A DNA stretch of 53,311 bases from an uncultured Victivallales bacterium (lineage in GTDB: Bacteria > Verrucomicrobiota > Kiritimatiellia > UBA8416): positions 1 to 53,311 of the forward strand of contig CAZOXS010000227.1 of NCBI GenBank assembly GCA_964583785.1, given 5' to 3'. Below the pieces are notes generated by a model. The model was not told the origin of the DNA. It made no database searches and saw only the letters and a program-made list of their open reading frames with translations. Below, in pieces: positions 42,993-50,652 of this stretch (within the stretch, counting starts at the first letter, position 1; every line of letters begins with the position of its first letter). Position numbers and translations under genes: made by a program.

Positions 42993-45791
42993 TCAAATTC
43001 GCCGCCCGCAGTGCGCCAGCACCCGCAGAATAGCATCCAGCACGGCATCCAGATGCGTGCCGATATCCTCGGCCAGGAAGCGCAGGACAAAATAGCCGTT
43101 TTCCTGTAGCAGCGCATCCTTGCGCCGGTCGCGCCGGTAAGCGTCGGGATCAGACAAATGCTGCGGACCGTCAATCTCGATGGCCAGCCGGGCGGTTCGG
43201 CAACATAAATCAACTTCCATCCGGCTGCGGTCGGTAAAGGGGATTGGCAGCAGATCGTTCAGCCGGAATTTTCCAGCGGTTCCCGGAAGCGTCTCCAGAC
43301 GTCGGAACAGGAACGCCTCTGTCGCGCTGCGTGCCCGATCTTCCCCCTCGGCATCTGCCTGCAGCTTACGCGTGGCATGAACAAACAGGTTGCCCAGATC
43401 CGTATCAACCCCGTCGCGGATCAACCGCTGCACCGTGGCCGCATAATCCCGCTTCCATTCCGGATCAACCGGCAGCGGCACTTCAACGGGCCAGCCTGGG
43501 ACCGCACTGGCCGGCAGCAGGATCTGATAACCAATCCCGTCGTACCCCTTGCAACGCCGATCAAACATCCGCGCCAGCATCGGTTCGTTCAAATCCGCAT
43601 AGTCATAAATCCGCACTTCACGCTTGAGGTCGTGCAACCGGTGCAGCCGTCCGGCATATTGCGCGATGGTCCCGCGCCAGGAGATGGGGAGCGTCAGGAA
43701 CAGGGTATCCAGCCGCGCATCGTCGAACCCCTCGCCCAGATAGCTTCCCGTGGCCAGCAGCACGCGTCCCTCGTCCTCGGGAATAGCGGCCAGCCGGGCG
43801 ATCACCTCCCGGAAGGATTTGGGCTTCATGCCGCCTTGCAGAACCAGCAGGTTTGGAATTGCCGACGATAGACGCTCCGACAAGATGGCAAGATGCTCCG
43901 TTCGCTCGGTTAGCACGACCGGCGAACGCCCTTCCTTGACCGCCGCGATCACATCTGCGCAGATCTGCTCATTACGGCTCTTGTCGGCAATCAAGGCGGC
44001 GTAAAGCGCCTGAAACGCCTGACGCTTGTCACCGCCCGTGTCTTGATGCAACCGAAAGGCCGTCGGTCTGACAATCACGCTGTGCGTGAACGGCCTGGCG
44101 GCGGCCTGCGCCTTCGCATTCACGCGATACCGGATCGGACCGCATTGCATGAAAATGATCGGATGATGACCGTCCTTGCGTGTCACGGTGGCGGAAAGAC
44201 CGGTCACATAACGCGCTTTCGCCTGACGGGCCACCTGTTCGAAGCTGCTGGCGGATAGATGATGGCATTCATCAACAACCAGATGCCCGAATCCGCCAAC
44301 CCGATCATCAACGACTCCCTGCCGAACCAGGCTTTGTATGAGTGCCACATCGAGGATCCCGGTTGCCTTTTTCCTGCCGCCGCCGATCCGGCCAATAGCC
44401 TTTGCGGGGATTTCAAGAAAGGTGGACAGCCGCTCAATCCATTGCTCCAGCAATTGCTTGCGATGCACCAGGATCAGCGTGTTGACGCCCCGCTGGGCGA
44501 TCAACCACGCGGCAATCACGGTCTTGCCGAATGCCGTCGTTGCCGACAGCACGCCCGTGTCATGCCTCAGCAAGGAATCCGCCGCGAGCTGCTGCTCCGG
44601 GCGCAACCGGCCATGGAAGACAAACTCGCCATCCAAGCCTTGAAAGCGCTCATCATGAATTCGCGGCTTTATGCGCTGTGTCGTCAACAGCGCCAGCAGT
44701 TCGTCCAGGCAGCCACGCGGCAATCCGATATACTGTTTCAAATCTTCCGCACAGGCAATAATGCGCGGTTTGTCAAAGGTCGGAAAGCGCATCGCCTGGG
44801 CCTTGTAGAACTCCGGGTTCTGGAAGGCCGCCAGCCGGATGAGCCGATTGCGCAGACCGGGAGGCAATGCTTCTTTCGGAACATAAATCTGGTTGCCGAG
44901 CGTAATATCAAGGGATTTTGGCAAAGACCCTGCGATGGGCGGATCGGTTGTTCGCCGCGAAGGCGATGCGCCCCAAGGAGCGACGGCATGCTCGTCATCA
45001 CTGATCGGATAACGAACCCCGGTAACGTCCTGATGCCGCTCGGCTTCGGTGACCACCGACTCAATCTCGGACCGACTCAGTCGCCCGACGCCCGCCAGAT
45101 ACGCCCATTGGTCGTCATAGGGGTTCAGGGCTTCATCCAGGAACACGCTGTTTCCGGACTGGCGCGGCTTCTTCTGCATGGGGAGCGCGATCAGGTTTCC
45201 AAATCCGCCTTTTGGCAAGGTGTCCTGATTGGGGAAAAAGCGGTCATACGAATCGAGTCCGGTTTCCGGCCGGCACTCCATGGTTACCGTCAGGATATGC
45301 GCGCCGAGCTTCCTGGCCAGGACCGCCGGGACCGGCTCCTTGAAAAAGAGCCACAGGTGCGCGCCGTTACCGGAACGCGAGCGTTCGACGGATGCCGGAA
45401 GCTGCATCTGACGGCAGGTCTCCCGGACGACTCTCACGTCGTCGATCCAGGCCTCCTTGTCAAAATCCATCGCCAGAAACCAGCAGGTCTCATCCAGCAG
45501 CATCGGATAAACACCGGCGGTAAAGTCCCGCCCGGCGGCATCCTCGCCGCGAAGGTGCTGCCCGATGACGACATCGGAGACGGGCAGCAACCGTCGGTTC
45601 GGACACTCCGCGCATTTCACGCGCCGCTTGTCGCACACATCCCGCACCCACTCATTCGCACAGGCCGGACTGTAACCGGATTTCCCGGTCTTGCGACTCT
45701 CGAAACGCTGCGGATACACATCCTCGCGACCGCGGAAAATGCTGCGGAACAAGGCGATCTTGTCAGCGGACGATGAGAATTTATTGATCAT
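42993..45791 (-). CDS. Primase-polymerase (AEP)-like / SF2 DExH helicase / DUF559 (Vsr-like PD-(D/E)xK) nuclease fusion protein
   Basis: 932 aa. The N-terminus has FLAMDFD, SGNGAHLWLFF and GGFGNLIALP. The helicase has TAFGKT (Walker A), VVDECHH, SAT and QYAGRLHR. The C-terminus has EVDLCC..LAIEIDGPQH..RRDRRKDALLQENGYFVLRF. Confidence 0.85.
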   Translation of the reverse strand: MINKFSSSADKIALFRSIFRGREDVYPQRFESRKTGKSGYSPACANEWVRDVCDKRRVKCAECPNRRLLPVSDVVIGQHLRGEDAAGRDFTAGVYPMLLDETCWFLAMDFDKEAWIDDVRVVRETCRQMQLPASVERSRSGNGAHLWLFFKEPVPAVLARKLGAHILTVTMECRPETGLDSYDRFFPNQDTLPKGGFGNLIALPMQKKPRQSGNSVFLDEALNPYDDQWAYLAGVGRLSRSEIESVVTEAERHQDVTGVRYPISDDEHAVAPWGASPSRRTTDPPIAGSLPKSLDITLGNQIYVPKEALPPGLRNRLIRLAAFQNPEFYKAQAMRFPTFDKPRIIACAEDLKQYIGLPRGCLDELLALLTTQRIKPRIHDERFQGLDGEFVFHGRLRPEQQLAADSLLRHDTGVLSATTAFGKTVIAAWLIAQRGVNTLILVHRKQLLEQWIERLSTFLEIPAKAIGRIGGGRKKATGILDVALIQSLVRQGVVDDRVGGFGHLVVDECHHLSASSFEQVARQAKARYVTGLSATVTRKDGHHPIIFMQCGPIRYRVNAKAQAAARPFTHSVIVRPTAFRLHQDTGGDKRQAFQALYAALIADKSRNEQICADVIAAVKEGRSPVVLTERTEHLAILSERLSSAIPNLLVLQGGMKPKSFREVIARLAAIPEDEGRVLLATGSYLGEGFDDARLDTLFLTLPISWRGTIAQYAGRLHRLHDLKREVRIYDYADLNEPMLARMFDRRCKGYDGIGYQILLPASAVPGWPVEVPLPVDPEWKRDYAATVQRLIRDGVDTDLGNLFVHATRKLQADAEGEDRARSATEAFLFRRLETLPGTAGKFRLNDLLPIPFTDRSRMEVDLCCRTARLAIEIDGPQHLSDPDAYRRDRRKDALLQENGYFVLRFLAEDIGTHLDAVLDAILRVLAHCGRRI

Positions 45792-46606
45792 GCGGTTTCA
45801 TCCATCTCCGTGAGATGCTTCCAGTAGCGGGCGGGCATGAACTGGCGCTGCAGGGCGGGGTTGGTGCGGGTCTCGATGGCCACGGTGCGATGGAACGTCT
45901 TCCATAACATCTGGCTGCGGGCCTCGGCGGCCGACGGCTCGTCATCCGCCAGGCACTGAGTGAGCAGCGTGCCGGTGAGCAGGTCGCCGTCCGGGTTTTC
46001 GGCATTCAGTCGCTTCCCATCCCAGGTGGCGGCCTGCTGCCGACGGCAATCGAGAATCACCCAGCGTTGACTAGCCAGTCGGCGGCGGAAGTGAAACGCC
46101 AGCGGCAGGGTGATGTCGTAGTCCGGCTCGTAGAGGGCGATGAAGCGGCCTGACTTGAACTCCTGGAACCGTAGCAATCCCTTGAACCGGTGGATCTCCA
46201 GCGATACTTTACGGGCGTGGCGATGGACGAAGATCACGTCCGGATCCGCATGCGCTTGCACGATGCACGCCCCATGCAGCACCGCTTTGCGAGCATAGCC
46301 CAGCAGATGCGGTTCCAGCCCGTCCGGCATGGCCGTCAATGCCCGCAGCAGGGTGTGGACCACATCGCGTGACGCCTTGGCGGTAATGTAATTGAGAAAC
46401 CGCTCGGCACGCGCGGGATCAGACTCAACCGTTTCGCGGGCATCGGCAAAGAGGTCGCGCACCGCATTCGCCCGCGTGAACCGGACCGGCGGCTGCTCGA
46501 GCCGTTTGTAGGCCTCGGCCACGGCACACAGGCAGCCGGTAGAACTGCCATCATGCACCCATTCCACCGGTGGCAAATCAGAACGCGAATGTAAGTTGCT
46601 CGGCAT
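45788..46606 (-). CDS. DUF4130-like 'probable DNA metabolism protein' (radical-SAM-linked), no UDG domain
   Basis: WVHDGSSTGCLCAVAEAYK..., ...HRFKGLLRF.E......ALYEPDYDI and RWVILD match my recollection of the TIGR03915/DUF4130 family. The stop overlaps the helicase ATG (ATGA). The start is ATG 46606 or GTG 46567. Confidence 0.65.
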   Translation of the reverse strand: MPSNLHSRSDLPPVEWVHDGSSTGCLCAVAEAYKRLEQPPVRFTRANAVRDLFADARETVESDPARAERFLNYITAKASRDVVHTLLRALTAMPDGLEPHLLGYARKAVLHGACIVQAHADPDVIFVHRHARKVSLEIHRFKGLLRFQEFKSGRFIALYEPDYDITLPLAFHFRRRLASQRWVILDCRRQQAATWDGKRLNAENPDGDLLTGTLLTQCLADDEPSAAEARSQMLWKTFHRTVAIETRTNPALQRQFMPARYWKHLTEMDETA

Positions 46607-47813
46607 TGGCGGGCTGCGCCTCCTTGGTGAGTACCCGGCGTACGCTTTCGACGCTTTGCCGGCGGAATCCCGGCGAGCGCCCCGCCGCCGTGATGAAGAA
46701 AGCCGCCCGCTTGAGCACAACCCCAAGCTTCTGTAGATCGGCCAGGCAGAGCTTCTGGAAGCGGCGGGCGCTGACAATCCGGCGGGCGGAGGTCACACCG
46801 ATTCCCGGCACGCGCAGAATATGGGCATATTCGGCACGGTTGATGTCGACCGGAAAGAAATGATAGTTGCGGATCGCCCACATCGCCTTGGGATCGAGCA
46901 CGATGTCCAGGTCGGGCTGCGCCTCGGAGAGCAGTTCATCGGCCCGGTAGCCGTAGTTGCGCAGCAGCCAGTCGGCTTGGTAAAGACGGTGCTCGCGCAG
47001 CAGCGGCGGCATCTCGACCGGCTGGAGCCGGCTGTCGTAGCGGTTGACCGGGATAAACGCCGAGTAGTAGACGCGGCTGAGGTCGTAGTGCTGGTAGAGC
47101 GACTCGCCCAGCCGCACGATCTGTAGGTCCGACTCCGGGCTGGCGCCGACAATGAGCTGCGTGCTTTGCCCACCGGGAGCGAACGCGGGTGCCCGCCGGT
47201 CGCGGCGGCGTTCGGCCCGGCTTTCACGGATGCTTGTTCCCAGGAAAGCCATCGGGGTGATGATATCGGCCTTGGTCTTTTCCGGCGCCAGCTGCTTGAG
47301 CGACGCCTCCGACGGCAGCTCGATATTGACGCTCACCCGGTCGGCATAAAGCCCCGCCTGGCGCATCAGCTCCAGACTGGCACCCGGAATGGCCTTCAGA
47401 TGGATATAGCCGCCGAAGCCCTCCTCCTGGCGCAACCGGCGAGCGATGGCGACCATCCGGTCCATCACGCGGTCAGGCTCGCCAAAGACCGCCGAGCTCA
47501 GGAACAGGCCTTCGATGTAGTTGCGCCGGTAGAAATCCATCGTCAGCGTCACCACTTCCGCGACGCTGAACGTGGCGCGCGGACGATCGTTCCCGCGACG
47601 GTTGATGCAGTAGGCGCAATCGTAAAGGCAGACATTCGAGAGCAGGATCTTGAGCAGCGAGACGCAGCGCCCGTCGCTCGACCAGCTATGACAGATGCCG
47701 GAGGTGGACGTCGATCCGGTTTTCGCGCCCTTGCGGTTGCTGCCGCTCGACGCGCAGGACGCATCGTATTTCGCGGCATCGGTCAGGATCGCCAGTTTTT
47801 CTTCAAGCGTCAT
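46578..47813 (-). CDS. Putative DNA modification/repair radical-SAM protein with HhH motif
   Basis: MTLEEKLAILTDAAKYDASCASSG, CX3CX2C (CLYDCAYC), and C-terminal ILRVPGIGVTSARRIV (HhH). ATG at 47813. The 82-codon upstream extension in the track is rejected. Confidence 0.85.
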   Translation of the reverse strand: MTLEEKLAILTDAAKYDASCASSGSNRKGAKTGSTSTSGICHSWSSDGRCVSLLKILLSNVCLYDCAYCINRRGNDRPRATFSVAEVVTLTMDFYRRNYIEGLFLSSAVFGEPDRVMDRMVAIARRLRQEEGFGGYIHLKAIPGASLELMRQAGLYADRVSVNIELPSEASLKQLAPEKTKADIITPMAFLGTSIRESRAERRRDRRAPAFAPGGQSTQLIVGASPESDLQIVRLGESLYQHYDLSRVYYSAFIPVNRYDSRLQPVEMPPLLREHRLYQADWLLRNYGYRADELLSEAQPDLDIVLDPKAMWAIRNYHFFPVDINRAEYAHILRVPGIGVTSARRIVSARRFQKLCLADLQKLGVVLKRAAFFITAAGRSPGFRRQSVESVRRVLTKEAQPANAEQLTFAF

Positions 47814-47961
47814 ACTTCGGATATTAGCATACCGCAGCAACCTTGCAAAGCATGGGGTCAACAAAAGATTGTCTATTTTGTGGATTGCAGCGGGTGGACC
47901 AACGTGGTAGCGTTCCTGCTTTACCGCACCATTAACCCACTTTTCAGACAGGGGAATTCTC

Positions 47962-49416
47962 ATGAATTCTGAATGTTTTCCGGAAATGGCGGACAACGAC
48001 ACGCCCCGTGAGTTTTGCGGCGTATGCGGCGTGTATGGCGTCGAGAACATCGGTGCCACGCTCTATCAAGGTCTTTTCTCGCTCCAGCATCGTGGTCAGG
48101 AGGGTGCCGGCATCGCCACGGGCGACGGGGCCCGCGTGCATTCCGTAAAGGGGCTTGGCCTGGTGAGCGAGGTCTTCCATGGCAATGACTGGAGCCGCCT
48201 GCCGGGGCATCTTGGGATCGGCCATGTCCGCTACTCGACCACCGGCTCCTCCCGCATCCAGAACGTCCAGCCGCTGATCGCCGAATGCGTCGACGGGATC
48301 TGGGCGGTCGCGCATAACGGGAATCTGGTCAATGCCGCCCGGCTACGCAAGATGTACCAGGAGGCGGGCGCCATTTTCCAGACCAGCACCGACAGCGAGG
48401 TGCTGATCCATCTGCTGGCGGACCCCATGTACCGGATGCGCCCACGCCGGGTATGCCGTGCATTGGCCGAACTGGAGGGCTCGTTCTGTTTCCTGCTGAT
48501 GACGCGCAACTGTATGATGGCCGCGCGCGACCGCTACGGATTCCGCCCCCTCTCAATCGGTAAACTGGGCGACGGCTACGCCGTGGCCAGTGAGACCTGC
48601 GCACTCGACCAGATCGGGGCCGTGTTCCTGCGCGATGTCGAACCGGGCGAACTGGTGGTCTTCGACGAATCGGGCATGCACAGCAACTTCTTTGCCGAAG
48701 CCCCGGAACGCGGCTCGGCCAATTGCATTTTCGAGATGATTTACTTCGCACGCCCCGACAGCCGCGTTTTCGGCAAGAACGTACACGCCGTGCGGGTGGA
48801 CTACGGGCGTCAACTGGCCAAGGAACATCCCGTTGAGGCCGATGTCGTGGTCGCTGTGCCCGACAGCGGCAACTCCGCCGCGCTGGGCTATTCAATCGAA
48901 AGCGGCATCCCGCTCGAATACGGCTTCATCCGCAATCACTATATCGGACGTACCTTCATCATGCCGCAGCAGAAAGACCGCGTCTCCAGCGTGGACCTGA
49001 AGCTGGCCGTGCTGCCGGAAGTCATCTGCGGCAAGCGGGTTATCGTGGTCGACGACTCGATCGTGCGCGGCAACACCGCCCTCCGCCGCGTTCAGCTCCT
49101 GCGCCAGGCCGGTGCCGCCGAAGTGCACATGCGCATCTCCTGCCCCCCGATCAAGCACCCCTGCTTCTACGGCATCGACTTCCCGACCAGCAAGGAGCTG
49201 ATCGCAGGCGACATGAGTATCGATGAAGTCTGCCGGTTTATCGAGGCCGACTCCCTCGGCTACCTCAGTCTGGAGGCGCTGTTCAAGCCCTTCGCCAAGG
49301 CCGAGCACTTCTGCTGCGCCTGCTTCAACGGGCAATACCCGACCGACATCAGCGGCATGACCGGCAACAAGGAAGCCCTGGAAACAAGCCCGGAATTGAA
49401 TCTCAACCTCGTGTAG
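47962..49416 (+). CDS. purF: Amidophosphoribosyltransferase
   Basis: A propeptide-like leader precedes CGVCGVYG (Ntn Cys). Also contains SLQHRGQEGAGI, HVRYSTTG and the PRPP loop VVDDSIVRGNT. The SD AGGGGA lies 6 nt before the ATG. Confidence 0.95.
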   Translation: MNSECFPEMADNDTPREFCGVCGVYGVENIGATLYQGLFSLQHRGQEGAGIATGDGARVHSVKGLGLVSEVFHGNDWSRLPGHLGIGHVRYSTTGSSRIQNVQPLIAECVDGIWAVAHNGNLVNAARLRKMYQEAGAIFQTSTDSEVLIHLLADPMYRMRPRRVCRALAELEGSFCFLLMTRNCMMAARDRYGFRPLSIGKLGDGYAVASETCALDQIGAVFLRDVEPGELVVFDESGMHSNFFAEAPERGSANCIFEMIYFARPDSRVFGKNVHAVRVDYGRQLAKEHPVEADVVVAVPDSGNSAALGYSIESGIPLEYGFIRNHYIGRTFIMPQQKDRVSSVDLKLAVLPEVICGKRVIVVDDSIVRGNTALRRVQLLRQAGAAEVHMRISCPPIKHPCFYGIDFPTSKELIAGDMSIDEVCRFIEADSLGYLSLEALFKPFAKAEHFCCACFNGQYPTDISGMTGNKEALETSPELNLNLV

Positions 49417-49538
49417 CCCGCTCGCGCCGCGAGCGCGGCTTCCGTGTTGTAAGTGAACGGTTGATCGGCGTACGCACGGGAATTCGCGTAACCGCACACA
49501 CATCCCCGCTGCCTCAGTGGCGGCGCACCTGGGCTACA
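49412..49538. repeat. REPIN-like element copy 2 (127 nt), overlapping the purF stop codon
   Basis: TGTAGCCCGCTCGCGCCGCGAGCGCGG ... CCTCAGTGGCGGCGCACCTGGGCTACA. By hand alignment there are about 24 differences from copy 1 over 127 nt. Confidence 0.8.
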
Positions 49539-49562
49539 AAAATCCGTTCAAGCGTATCCTCT

Positions 49563-50639
49563 TTACTGCCGCTTCTGATCCGCGAGTTGCTGCGCCAGCA
49601 TCGATAGCTCGGCCGCCTTGAAGGCATGCGCCTGCGTCATGGCGTTCTCGCTGCGGTTCAGGCAGTCAAGGATCAGCTTGCCGAAATACGGGAAGCCCAC
49701 CTTGCCCTGGCATTCGATCTCGACCGAATCCTCGTCGTTGACCAGCAGGATGCGGTTGCCTACCGGACTGTGTAGCAGATCGATGTACTTGCGGATCTCC
49801 ATATAACCCTTGGTCCCGAGCACGAACGTGCGCCCATCGCCCCAGACCTTGGATCCCTTCGGGTTGAACCAGTCAAGGCGGCAGTAGGCCGAAGCACCGG
49901 TATCAAGCGTCAGCGAGGCCTCGCCGAAATCCTCGAGCTCCGGCGCGCCGGGATTCCCGATGTTGTCAACCCGCGCGAAATTGACGGTCCCGTCGGTCGC
50001 CCCGGCATAGGTCAGGAACTGCTCGAACTGGTGCGAACCAATGTCGGTCAGGATACCGCCATAGCATTCCTTCTTGAAGAACCACTCCGGACGTCTTTCC
50101 GGCGTCAGATTATGCGGGGCGAGATTCAATACCTGCAGCACACGCCCGATAACCCCTTCACGTAGCAGCTCGCCAGCATGCCAGCCCGCCTCACTGCCTA
50201 GCCGCTCGGAATAACACACCATGTACTTCCTGCCGGTTTCCTCCACTTTGGCCCGCACGGCGGCAAGCTGATCGAGGGTGGTGAATGGCGACTTGTCCGT
50301 CAGGTAATCCTTGCCGGCATCCATCACCTGCAGACCGACCCCGCAACGCAGGTTCGGAATCGCGGCGGAGGTGACAAGTTGCACCTCAGGATCATCCAGG
50401 ATCTCGCGGAAATCGCTCACAACCTTGGCCTGCGGATGCGCCTTGAGCATACCCGCAAGCCGCTTGGCGTCCGGCTCGTAGATCGCCTTGAGCACGCCAC
50501 CGGCACTGGCCAGCCCCTCGATCTGGCCATAGATGTGACCATGGTCGAAATGCGAGGCGGCAAACACGAATTCGCCCGGTTTGACCACCACCTGATTGCC
50601 CGACATGTCGGGCGCATAGTTCATTCCATCTTTTGACAT
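49563..50639 (-). CDS. Gfo/Idh/MocA-family oxidoreductase (degenerate dinucleotide-binding motif)
   Basis: 358 aa. Family-typical layout with DKSP (an EKP-like motif) and a C-terminal alpha/beta domain. SD is GGAG. Confidence 0.7.
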   Translation of the reverse strand: MSKDGMNYAPDMSGNQVVVKPGEFVFAASHFDHGHIYGQIEGLASAGGVLKAIYEPDAKRLAGMLKAHPQAKVVSDFREILDDPEVQLVTSAAIPNLRCGVGLQVMDAGKDYLTDKSPFTTLDQLAAVRAKVEETGRKYMVCYSERLGSEAGWHAGELLREGVIGRVLQVLNLAPHNLTPERRPEWFFKKECYGGILTDIGSHQFEQFLTYAGATDGTVNFARVDNIGNPGAPELEDFGEASLTLDTGASAYCRLDWFNPKGSKVWGDGRTFVLGTKGYMEIRKYIDLLHSPVGNRILLVNDEDSVEIECQGKVGFPYFGKLILDCLNRSENAMTQAHAFKAAELSMLAQQLADQKRQ

Positions 50640-50652
50640 CAGAATTGCTCCT

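Noticed and set aside
41345-43213. Minus-strand ORFs 41345-42142 (265 aa) and 42188-43213 (341 aa)
   Set aside because: They lie opposite the bactofilin genes and overlap the 3' end of argC and of the helicase gene. They are Arg/Gly/Ala-rich shadow frames.
44259-45776. 505-aa plus-strand ORF
   Set aside because: It lies antisense to the motif-rich primase/helicase/nuclease gene. It has no motifs of its own and Arg/Gln/Leu-rich composition.
47814-47961. SOS/LexA operator in the divergent radical-SAM/purF promoter region
   Set aside because: I looked by eye for CTGT-N8-ACAG, GAAC-N4-GTTC and TGTTC-N4-GAACA type palindromes and found none. SOS control cannot be claimed from this sequence, and a proper motif scan is still advisable.
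47814-48059. 82-codon N-terminal extension of the radical-SAM ORF
   Set aside because: The family-typical N-terminus (MTLEEKLAILTDAAKYD) starts at ATG 47813. The extension would also overlap the divergent purF start and its SD.
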